From Vicinamibacterales bacterium (lineage in GTDB: Bacteria > Acidobacteriota > Vicinamibacteria > Vicinamibacterales > UBA2999): a DNA stretch of 64,000 bases. The stretch lies in the NCBI GenBank assembly GCA_035495795.1, contig DATJFF010000196.1, positions 1,326-65,325 of the forward strand. The letters are read 5' to 3'. Every line of letters begins with the position of its first letter. Position 1 is the stretch's first letter. The notes below the pieces were generated by a model. That model was not told the DNA's origin, made no database searches, and saw nothing but the letters and a program-made list of their open reading frames with translations. This document shows positions 34,234-42,658 of this stretch, one piece after another. Made by a program: the position numbers and the translations under genes.

Positions 34234-36192
34234 TCACTCTCGCGACGGCAGGTCCATCATCCAGATGTCGCCGCGGTAGTTCCCGAGCAGAAACACGATC
34301 TGATCGCCGGCGACGATCGGCGCGGCCGACGCCACCATGGCCGGCACAATGGTTTCAGAGAGGCTGAGCACGTCAATCTGATCCGAGCCGACGCCTCCGT
34401 CTTGCGGATCGAACGTTCGGGCGGCCACGCGGTTTCGAATATCCACCGTCGGGGTGGTCGGCAGGTAATAGAGCAAGCGTCCGTCCCTCGACCAGAACGG
34501 ATGGCTCGCCGCGGCCTCCACCAGTTGCCATGCCGGCTCGCCTGCCCCGTGACCATCGGCGAGCCGCGCGACGAGCACCGAGGGCGTTCCGCTTGGCGGC
34601 GTCGCGTCGAAGGCCAGCCACCGGGCGTCCGGTGAAAGACGCGGATTCGAAAGGCGTCGATCGGATGACGCCAGGAGCGGGCGCTGGTTTCCGCTGCGCG
34701 TGTCCAGAATGTCAAACCGCGTCGAGCCCGCGGCGAACATCTCGGCGAGCAGCAGATCCTCGTCGAGCCAGAGCCGCGGCCGGCCGCCGCAGTCATCGGA
34801 GATCTGCCGCGACTCTCCATCCGCGAGCGTCGCGACAAAAACGGGACGGCGGAGCGGCGGCCCGGGCACCATCATCCCGAACGCGAGCCGCGTCCCGTCG
34901 AGCGAGATCACGGGGAAGCCGCGATCGCCGCGGGTGTCGGCGTCGAGCGACGTCTCCGTGCCGGACCGGACATCTCGGATGCGCAGCGCGGCGCCGCCCG
35001 GTCCTGCCGCGAAATACGCGAGCCTGTGACCGTCGCGGGACACGGAGAAATGGCTGACGAAGGCAGCGCCGCGAGTCAGACGTCGCGGCGCACCCTCGGC
35101 CTTGCCGGTTCGCGGGTCGATCCCGACCGACCACAAGTTCGTGTCGGTATGCACGCCGACGAATGCCAGGCGCTGGCGAGCCCCGGTCGGGAAGAACGCG
35201 GACTCGGTGCCCGGCGTCATCAACTCCGGTACACCAATCGCCTCGAAGGTCCTCGGCGAGATGCGCTGCCGCCACAGGTGGATGCCCGGCCGTCCGGCCG
35301 CGGTGAAGAAGATCGAATCGCCCATCCAGGCGATTGCCATCGAGATGACGATCAGCTCCCGGCGCCGCGCCTGGCCCAATGCGCCAGTATCGACGGGCGC
35401 GCCGCCGTCCACCGGCACGATCCAGCAATCGCGCTCGGCCGAGGAGTCCCGATGCCCGACGACGAGCAGATGCCGGGAATCTTCCGACCAGGTGACGGAC
35501 GTGACATCTTGGAGACCTGTCGCCGGCACGCGTTCTTCGCCGTCGCTCGATGCCAGTCGAACCTCGCCCGACTCAATGGCGAGATACGCGAGCCACTTGC
35601 CGTCAGGGGAGAACCGGCCATTTCGCGCGGCGCGCTTCAGCACGCGCGGCTGCCCGCCCAGCGCCGGAATCTCGTAGATGTGACGCGTGGAGTCGGCCGC
35701 GGCGTTGAAGATCACGCGCGTGTCGTCGGCTGAGAATGCCGGTTCCGCGCACTCCCTCATGCCGGTCGTGAGCTGCACGGCGGCACCGCCCACCTGCTGC
35801 AGCCACAGCTGTGGCATCGCGCCATCCTGCCCCGCATCCGACACGTAGACGACCATCCGCCCGTCAGACGAGAGCGAGGGCCAGAACGTGGCGGCGCTCG
35901 TCGAGGTCACGCGCTGCAAGCGAGCTCCGGCGATATCCCCGCCGGGCGCCATCGATCGCGCGGGCGGCGCGATCTGGCGGCTCTTCCACCAGGCGCTGAG
36001 CTCTGCCGGATCGGCGAAGACGCTGCCGCGCTCCGCGTGAGGAAGGCGATGCACCGGTAGCCCTTCGTCGCGTTCCCAGCGTTGGACCGTGCGAATGCCC
36101 CGGCCGAGAAACGCCGCGATCTCCTTCCATGAATCGAGCCGGCCGCGCTCACCCGCACTTCCTGGCGGCGGACCGCCCGAGGCGTCGCTCAT
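34234..36192 (-). CDS. HTH-domain protein fused to PD40/TolB-like beta-propeller repeats
   Basis: ORF 34234..36234, with ATG 36192 preferred. The N-terminal block LDSWKEIAAFLGRGIRTVQRWERDEGLPVHRL is HTH-like. Repeated PD40-type blocks follow (SPDGKWLAY, SRDGHRLAY, SLDGTRLAF, SPDARWLAF, SRDGRLLYY). Confidence 0.85.
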   Translation of the reverse strand: MSDASGGPPPGSAGERGRLDSWKEIAAFLGRGIRTVQRWERDEGLPVHRLPHAERGSVFADPAELSAWWKSRQIAPPARSMAPGGDIAGARLQRVTSTSAATFWPSLSSDGRMVVYVSDAGQDGAMPQLWLQQVGGAAVQLTTGMRECAEPAFSADDTRVIFNAAADSTRHIYEIPALGGQPRVLKRAARNGRFSPDGKWLAYLAIESGEVRLASSDGEERVPATGLQDVTSVTWSEDSRHLLVVGHRDSSAERDCWIVPVDGGAPVDTGALGQARRRELIVISMAIAWMGDSIFFTAAGRPGIHLWRQRISPRTFEAIGVPELMTPGTESAFFPTGARQRLAFVGVHTDTNLWSVGIDPRTGKAEGAPRRLTRGAAFVSHFSVSRDGHRLAYFAAGPGGAALRIRDVRSGTETSLDADTRGDRGFPVISLDGTRLAFGMMVPGPPLRRPVFVATLADGESRQISDDCGGRPRLWLDEDLLLAEMFAAGSTRFDILDTRSGNQRPLLASSDRRLSNPRLSPDARWLAFDATPPSGTPSVLVARLADGHGAGEPAWQLVEAAASHPFWSRDGRLLYYLPTTPTVDIRNRVAARTFDPQDGGVGSDQIDVLSLSETIVPAMVASAAPIVAGDQIVFLLGNYRGDIWMMDLPSRE

Positions 36193-36343
36193 GGCAGCGA
36201 CAGGATAGCGTAGCAGTGCGCCATCAGACGCCACTCGCGCCCCGGCGCGTGATGGCGCTTGAGCTGCATCGCGGTGCAGCGGAGACTCGAACCCACGCGT
36301 GGATCATCGAAACCGTCCATGCGCGTGAAACAAGGAGTCTCCA

Positions 36344-36853
36344 ATGTCGATGCATTCGAGCGTTCTCGTGGTCCTGTCGGGGCTCGGCGCGGCACTGCTG
36401 GTGGCGACAGTGGTGTCGGCGCGCACCACCGACTCCCGGGCGGCATTCCAGGGCGTGTGGCAGACGGTCGAGGTGGTGGTCCCCGGACCGACGCCGCAGA
36501 GGTTCACACCCGGCGCCACGCTGGCGATCTTCCATGGCACTCACTACAGCCGCGTCGAAGTCCACGCGGATGGTGCGCGGCCTGTGCTGGACAACCCGGC
36601 ATCGGCTTCGGCAGACGAGCTGCGCGCGGTGTGGGGGCCGTTTGTCGGCGAGGCCGGCACGTTCGAGGTGACCGACGACAACCGCGTCACGATGCACGCC
36701 TCAGTGGCGAAGAATCCAGCCGCGATGTCGAACGGCGCCGCCAGCGTCTATACCTACGAGCGGAAGGCCGACACCCTGACCCTGACCCAGGTCCGCACGC
36801 CTTCAGCCGCGAGCGCCCCTCCGGTGAGGGTCACGCTGAAGCGTGTGGAATGA
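36344..36853 (+). CDS. Secreted lipocalin-like domain protein (paralogue B)
   Basis: ATG 36344 follows AAGGAG. It has a signal/anchor sequence, FQGVWQTVE...GTHYSRVEV, and shares the identical run SADELRAVWGP with 26455..26949. Confidence 0.75.
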   Translation: MSMHSSVLVVLSGLGAALLVATVVSARTTDSRAAFQGVWQTVEVVVPGPTPQRFTPGATLAIFHGTHYSRVEVHADGARPVLDNPASASADELRAVWGPFVGEAGTFEVTDDNRVTMHASVAKNPAAMSNGAASVYTYERKADTLTLTQVRTPSAASAPPVRVTLKRVE

Positions 36854-36959
36854 ATCGTCGTCGCCCCCGTTGCAGATTTGACCGTGCGGCTCCGATATAA
36901 GGACAGGCCCTCTACCCGCCGGCGAGCCGCGGTGACGTTGTCAGGGGCTGGAGTGTCCC

Positions 36960-37559
36960 ATGCCGCCCGTCCGCACGCGTCAGATTCACGCCACAATCGC
37001 GCTGTTTGCCTTCGGCTGTCTGCTGGCTCGGGCCGAACCCGCGTTCGCCCAGGGCTTCGGGATCGGGCCGCGGATCGCCTGGGTCACCCCGAATTCCGAC
37101 GCCAACATCGATGTCGACGTCGACACGATGCGTTACTTCGGCGGTCAGATCCGCATGCTCTCTTCGCGGTTCGGCTTCGAGGTGTCGCTGGATCGGCACT
37201 CGGAATCGCTCGAGATCATCAACCAGAAGGTCACGGAGACACCGATCCAGACCTCGCTCCTCCTCCGGCTTGCCACCGGCCGCGTGTCGCCGTTCCTCCT
37301 CGGCGGGCCCGGCTGGTACAAGCGCTCCGTAGAGCCGCTCGATGGCGCCGGAAATAGCGTCAGCACGACCGAGTTCGGCTGGCACGCCGGCATCGGCCTG
37401 GAAGTCCTGGCGAACAGGCACTTCGGAGTTCACGGGGACTACCGCTACACGTTCCTCGACTTCGGCCATGACGACGATGAGGACAGGGGCCTCATCGGCG
37501 GGCTTCTGCCCGGCCACCGGGGATCGATGTGGACGCTGGGCTTTACCGTGTACTTCTAA
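36960..37559 (+). CDS. Small outer-membrane beta-barrel protein
   Basis: Signal peptide ...ATIALFAFGCLLARAEPAFAQG. An alternating strand pattern ends in WTLGFTVYF (terminal Phe). Confidence 0.75.
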   Translation: MPPVRTRQIHATIALFAFGCLLARAEPAFAQGFGIGPRIAWVTPNSDANIDVDVDTMRYFGGQIRMLSSRFGFEVSLDRHSESLEIINQKVTETPIQTSLLLRLATGRVSPFLLGGPGWYKRSVEPLDGAGNSVSTTEFGWHAGIGLEVLANRHFGVHGDYRYTFLDFGHDDDEDRGLIGGLLPGHRGSMWTLGFTVYF

Positions 37560-37614
37560 TCGGACGTCACCCGGCTCCGAGGGCCGATTCACTGCCGCTA
37601 GTGGTCCCGTGACC

Positions 37615-38628
37615 TCAGTAGATCGATCCCCCAGGCTGCGTCGACGTGATCACGCCGTTGACGACGTCGAGTGAGTACGTCGTGCCGTTGTGGCCCGACC
37701 AGCTCGGGATGTCGAACCGGCTGCCCGGCTGCGCCCGGAATACCTGAAGGTTGCGGTAGGTGAGCGGCGTCTTCGGCTGGCAGACTTCCGGCCTGCCGCC
37801 GCGGATGAAGTATGCGTACGGAGTCACATGGTCCGCGTTCGCCACGATTGTGGCGTCGCCCCGGGCGTCGACCAGCACCGCCGTCTCGCGATCGATGGCG
37901 ATGCTGCGGCTCTCGGCCTGCCATCCGTCCTGGACGATGCGGGCCATGAAGGCGAGCGTTCGTCCAAGCCGGTCGCGCTCGATCAGGTGCTGGTCGGAGA
38001 TCAAGCCGCTCATGTGCGGCAGGTGCAGGAAGTCACGGTCGAGGGTGATATCGCTGTTGAACGGATCGGCCAGGGACTTGCTCGAGACCGCAGACTGGCG
38101 CTGAGCCGCGTAGACGAACTCGGTCAGGATTGCGGTGCCGGCGCTGGTGCCCGCAATCGGAATCTCCCTCGCGGCCAGCTCGTGGATGGCATCCTCGACC
38201 GGCGTACCCTTCCAGAAGTTGACGTAGTTGGACTGATCGCCGCCAGCAATGAACAGCGCCTCGGCGTTGCGAATCGTCTGGAGGACGAACGGGTTATAGG
38301 AAGCCTCGCGATTCTTCAGCACCAGCGTCTCGACCGAGTCGAAATCGCCGAGGTCGTAGACGTACTGGTTGTAGCCGTCGGCGCCCGAGGCGCGAATGAC
38401 GACGAAATCGCCGCCGCCGGCGCGCTCGCTCATCCAGGTGAAGAGCGCATCGACGTCGGTCCCGCCGCCCATCAGGCCGATCCCGAGAGTCGTGTCGCCG
38501 GTGGCGTCGGCGGCGTTGCCGGTGAGGTAATAGTCGTACTTGGCCTGCGGCGCACCGCTGACGAGCGGGCTCAGCGCACAGACGACGATGGCGGTCAGGA
38601 TGAAGCGTCGGTTGATCATGATCCTCAC
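37615..38628 (-). CDS. Secreted S51-family peptidase (cyanophycinase-like)
   Basis: Signal peptide MRIMINRRFILTAIVVCALSPLVSGA. ALFIAGGDQSNYVNFW and the nucleophile block IPIAGTSAGTAIL match the cyanophycinase/S51 pattern. Confidence 0.8.
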   Translation of the reverse strand: MRIMINRRFILTAIVVCALSPLVSGAPQAKYDYYLTGNAADATGDTTLGIGLMGGGTDVDALFTWMSERAGGGDFVVIRASGADGYNQYVYDLGDFDSVETLVLKNREASYNPFVLQTIRNAEALFIAGGDQSNYVNFWKGTPVEDAIHELAAREIPIAGTSAGTAILTEFVYAAQRQSAVSSKSLADPFNSDITLDRDFLHLPHMSGLISDQHLIERDRLGRTLAFMARIVQDGWQAESRSIAIDRETAVLVDARGDATIVANADHVTPYAYFIRGGRPEVCQPKTPLTYRNLQVFRAQPGSRFDIPSWSGHNGTTYSLDVVNGVITSTQPGGSIY

Positions 38629-38739
38629 TTCACAGCGTGGCCGCGTCGCGGGGTGTCCGCGAACGCGCCGGCGGGAGGCGGCATTGTAACGCGTCCGCGT
38701 GCCCGTTCAACGGTCGAGCTCGTGCCATAGAATCAGCCC

Positions 38740-40542
38740 ATGCTCCGCCCCCTGTTCGCGTTGTTCGTCTCCGCCACGCTCGCCGTCCAGTCGCCGGCGG
38801 AGCAGATCTACGTTACGCGCGTGTTCCCGGCGCCAGGCCAGCTTGGACTCTTCGTCGCCAACGCCGACGGGACCGACGAGCGTGCGCTGCTCGCGGACCG
38901 CGGCCTCGACTACGACGCGACGTGGTCGCGCGACGGCGCCTGGATCGCGTTCACGTCGGAGCGGAGCGGATCGGCCGACCTGTTTCGCGTCCATCCGGAC
39001 GGCACCGGTCTCGAGCGCCTGACCGACAGTCCCGCCTACGACGACCAGGCCGCGTTCTCTCCAGACGGGCGAAGACTGGTGTTCGTGAGCACCCGCGGGG
39101 GTGGTACGGCCGACCTTTGGACGCTGGAGATCGGGTCGCGCGAAGCACATTCGCTCACGTCGGGCGCGGGCGGTGATTTCCGGCCGTCGTGGTCGCCGGA
39201 TGCCCAGTGGATAGCGTTCTCGTCCGATCGCGGCAACGGCCTGCCGTTCGCGCATGGCCGATGGGAAGCGCTCCACGTGGTCGACATCTACGTGATTCAC
39301 CCGGACGGAAGCGGTCTGAAACGCCTCGGCACCGGCGGTGGCTTCTGCGGCAGCCCGAAGTGGTCGGCGGACAGCCGGCGCGTCATCGCGTACTGCATGT
39401 CGGCCCAGGACACGATCGATTTCCGCTGGACCGCCGTGACCAGCGACGGTACGACGCGGTTGATGACCTTCGACCTCGACGGCGGCTCGTCGGAGGCGGC
39501 GACCGGCCCCGGAGTGAAGATCGCGCCATCCTTTGTTTCCGCCGGCGACATCGGCTTCATCCGCAAGGACCGAACCGCGAACGGCATTCACTATGCCAGC
39601 GGCAAGACCGGGCCCAAGGGCCCGATTCAGTACGCGGCGTGGTCTCCGGACGGTTCACGGGTTGTCTTCCACAAGGTCGTTCCGCCTCCCGGTAGTTCCC
39701 TGGGATCACCGATCTGGAGCCGCCAACCGCATTACGAGCTTCGCCTCGGCGAAGTCCAGCCATCGTTCAACCGGACCGGCGACAAGTTCGTGATGGCCAA
39801 CTACGTGCCGACGCCGGACGGGAACAACCTGCTGGTGGTCGACGCGGCAACCAATACGCGCACCGTGCTGTTTCACGACAAGACCCTCAGCGTGCTCGGG
39901 CCGCAGTGGACGCCGAACGGCCACACCATCCTGTTCGGGGTCGGGCATTTCGGCCTGTTCTTCAACATGTTTCACGATCTTTTCCTGAGCAAGCCCGATC
40001 GCGTCGATGGCGGGGCGCAGGTCGCGACGATCAACGCGGATGGCAGCGGCTATCAGGAATTGACCAAGGGTCCCAACAACAACGGCTTCCCGTCGCCCTC
40101 GCCCGACGGAACCGAGTTCGTCTACCGGACCTTCGGCCCGCAAGGCGACGGGCTGCGGATCATGAACGTGCAGAGCAGGGCGGTTCGCACGCTCACCGAG
40201 GGCTACGACAATTTCCCGCTCTGGTCTCCCCGCGGCGACCTGATCCTGTTCTCGCGCGTCGTCGACAACGACTACGAGATCTTCTCAATCGCGCCCGACG
40301 GATCCGGCCTCAAGCGGCTGACGGCGACCCCGGGCAACGACGCGCATCAGGGCTGGTCGCCCGATGGCAGCCGGATTGTGTTCGCCAGCGCGCGCTACGG
40401 GTTCAAGGACGAAGCGATCTACACCAACGCGCCGCAGCCCTATGGCGACATCTTCGTGATGCGCGCCGACGGCACCGACGTGCAGCAGCTCACCGACAAC
40501 CAGTGGGAAGAGGGGACGCCGGCGTGGCGGCCTGGACGCTGA
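38740..40542 (+). CDS. Secreted PD40/TolB-like beta-propeller repeat protein
   Basis: Signal peptide MLRPLFALFVSATLAVQSPA. Many PD40 blocks are present (WSRDGAWIAFTSERSG, FSPDGRRLVFVS, WSPDAQWIAFSSDR, WSPDGSRVVF, WSPDGSRIVFAS). TAGAAT lies 6 nt upstream of the ATG and there is no SD. Confidence 0.85.
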   Translation: MLRPLFALFVSATLAVQSPAEQIYVTRVFPAPGQLGLFVANADGTDERALLADRGLDYDATWSRDGAWIAFTSERSGSADLFRVHPDGTGLERLTDSPAYDDQAAFSPDGRRLVFVSTRGGGTADLWTLEIGSREAHSLTSGAGGDFRPSWSPDAQWIAFSSDRGNGLPFAHGRWEALHVVDIYVIHPDGSGLKRLGTGGGFCGSPKWSADSRRVIAYCMSAQDTIDFRWTAVTSDGTTRLMTFDLDGGSSEAATGPGVKIAPSFVSAGDIGFIRKDRTANGIHYASGKTGPKGPIQYAAWSPDGSRVVFHKVVPPPGSSLGSPIWSRQPHYELRLGEVQPSFNRTGDKFVMANYVPTPDGNNLLVVDAATNTRTVLFHDKTLSVLGPQWTPNGHTILFGVGHFGLFFNMFHDLFLSKPDRVDGGAQVATINADGSGYQELTKGPNNNGFPSPSPDGTEFVYRTFGPQGDGLRIMNVQSRAVRTLTEGYDNFPLWSPRGDLILFSRVVDNDYEIFSIAPDGSGLKRLTATPGNDAHQGWSPDGSRIVFASARYGFKDEAIYTNAPQPYGDIFVMRADGTDVQQLTDNQWEEGTPAWRPGR

Positions 40543-40768
40543 ACCTGGACGCCGAGCGCCGCCGCGGCCCGTGCTTGGGCCACCTCGCCATCGCCTTCGG
40601 ATCGGTGGCGCAGGGCCGTGTCGCGAAGTCCACGGACTCAGCCACGCGGACCCTCGATCGCATACGATGGACGAGGTTCGCGATCGCAGCGTGCGCGTGT
40701 CTGCCTGGTAACGGCTCCTCCTGCCCCCCCACCGGCTCACGTCTGCTCGCGCGCCGCCAGGAGGGCTC

Positions 40769-42643
40769 ATGGCGGACCGGTCGGTCGGCGACCGGCAACG
40801 GCAATCGCAGGTGCAAGCGGCGGAAACCCGCCTGCTCTACGAGAATGCCAACACCGGGACGGTCGTCTCCATCGTCATCGCGTCGCTGCTCGCCTACGCG
40901 CACTGGGATCTGCGCCCTCGCGTCGCGATTCTGACGTGGCTGGTGTACGCGCTACTGGTCTCGGCGGCGAGGCTGGTGCTGGTGAACCTGTATCGGCGGG
41001 CCACGCCCGCCGACGCCACCATCGGCCGATGGACGGCGGCGTTCGTGGCCTTCGCCGGGATGGCGGCGGTCGGCTGGGGGGCCGGCGCGTTCGTGCTCTA
41101 CCGGCCCGGTGAGTCGGCGAGCGAGCTGCTGGCCGTCTTCGCCATCGGCGGCGTGATGCTCGGCGGAGCCTCGCTCCTCGCGGCACGCCCCGAGGCGTTC
41201 CTCACCTTCCTGCTGCCGACCGGATTTCTCACGGCGGTGCGCCTGGCGCTCGAAGGCGACCGAGGCCACCTGATGATGGCCTTCCTCGCCGCGCTCTTCA
41301 CCGTGGCCACGGTCCTGACGACGTGGCGATTCCATCTGGCGATGGAAACCTCGTTCCGCCTGCGATTTGCCAACGAGGATCTCATCGAGAGCCTCCAGCG
41401 GGCCAAGAGCGACGCCGACGCGCTCAATCGGGAACTGGAGCTCAGGGTCCGCGACCGCACCGCCAAGCTGACCGAAGCCGATCAACGCAAGGACGAGTTC
41501 CTGGCGACGCTCGCGCACGAGCTTCGCAATCCGCTGGCCCCGATCCGCTTCGCGCTCGAGGCCCTGAAAGCGGACGCCCAGCAGCCCACGGGCGTCCGGG
41601 CTCGTGACGTGATCGAGCGCCAGGTCGGGCAGCTCGTGCGGCTCGTCGACGACCTGCTCGACGTGTCCCGGATCACCGCCAACAAGATTCAGCTGCGCCG
41701 CGAGCCGCTCGACGTCGGCCGGCTGATGGCGCTGGCCGTCGAGTCGATCTCACCGCTTGCGACCGCGGCCGATCAGACCCTGCACGTGCAGCCGCCGCCC
41801 GGCGGGATTTTCGTCGACGGCGACAGCGCCCGCCTGGTGCAGGTCTTCACCAACGTGCTGCAGAACGCGGTGAAATTCACGCCACGCGGCGGGCAGATCT
41901 GGTTCACTGCCAATCAGCAGGCCGGTGAAGTTGTCGTGCGTATCCGCGACACCGGCGTCGGCATCCCTCCCGACGTCCTGCCGAGTGTGTTCGATATGTT
42001 CCACCAGGTGGAGCCGGTGCTCGACCGGACGACCAGCGGCCTGGGGATCGGACTGACGCTGGCGCGACGGCTGGTGAAGATGCACTCCGGCCGGATCGGC
42101 ATTCACAGCCCGGGCCCGAACCAGGGAACCGAAGTCGAGATCCGCCTGCCAACCACGCTGGCAGTGGCGGCGGCAGTGCCGGCCGAACGGCCGCCGATCG
42201 CCGCTGGACGCGCCCTTCGGGTGTTGATCGTGGAAGACAATCTCGATGCCGCGGAGATGCTGGAGCTGGCGGTGGCGCGCCTCGGCCACGACACGCGGCT
42301 GTCGCACGATGGCGCGACCGCAATCGAGGTCGCAAGTCAGTTCGACCCTGACGTGGTGTTCCTCGACATCGGCCTGCCGGTAATGAACGGGTACGACGTG
42401 GCCCGGCGGCTGCGCGAAATCCCCGAGTTGAGGAATCTCCACATCGCTGCCCTGACTGGATGGGGACAAGACGAAGATCGCCGCAAGGCCCGCGAGGCCG
42501 GCTGCGACAGCCACCTGACGAAGCCGCTGTCGCCGGCGGCGCTGGAAGAGCTGCTGGCGGCGATCTCCCAGCATCCGGCAGAGCGGCGAGCCGAGGCCAG
42601 CGCGCCGCCAACCCGGCACGCCGACGCCGCACCATCGGCCTGA
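40769..42643 (+). CDS. Membrane-bound hybrid histidine kinase/response regulator
   Basis: ATG follows AGGAGG. The N-terminus has ~5-6 TM helices. The H-box is FLATLAHELRNPLAPI. HATPase blocks NVLQNAVKFT, DTGVGI and GLGIGLTLARRLV are present. The C-terminal REC has VVFLDIGLPVMNGYDV. The kinase core is paralogous to 11263..13284. Confidence 0.9.
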   Translation: MADRSVGDRQRQSQVQAAETRLLYENANTGTVVSIVIASLLAYAHWDLRPRVAILTWLVYALLVSAARLVLVNLYRRATPADATIGRWTAAFVAFAGMAAVGWGAGAFVLYRPGESASELLAVFAIGGVMLGGASLLAARPEAFLTFLLPTGFLTAVRLALEGDRGHLMMAFLAALFTVATVLTTWRFHLAMETSFRLRFANEDLIESLQRAKSDADALNRELELRVRDRTAKLTEADQRKDEFLATLAHELRNPLAPIRFALEALKADAQQPTGVRARDVIERQVGQLVRLVDDLLDVSRITANKIQLRREPLDVGRLMALAVESISPLATAADQTLHVQPPPGGIFVDGDSARLVQVFTNVLQNAVKFTPRGGQIWFTANQQAGEVVVRIRDTGVGIPPDVLPSVFDMFHQVEPVLDRTTSGLGIGLTLARRLVKMHSGRIGIHSPGPNQGTEVEIRLPTTLAVAAAVPAERPPIAAGRALRVLIVEDNLDAAEMLELAVARLGHDTRLSHDGATAIEVASQFDPDVVFLDIGLPVMNGYDVARRLREIPELRNLHIAALTGWGQDEDRRKAREAGCDSHLTKPLSPAALEELLAAISQHPAERRAEASAPPTRHADAAPSA

Positions 42644-42658
42644 GAGAGGCGCTTCGCA

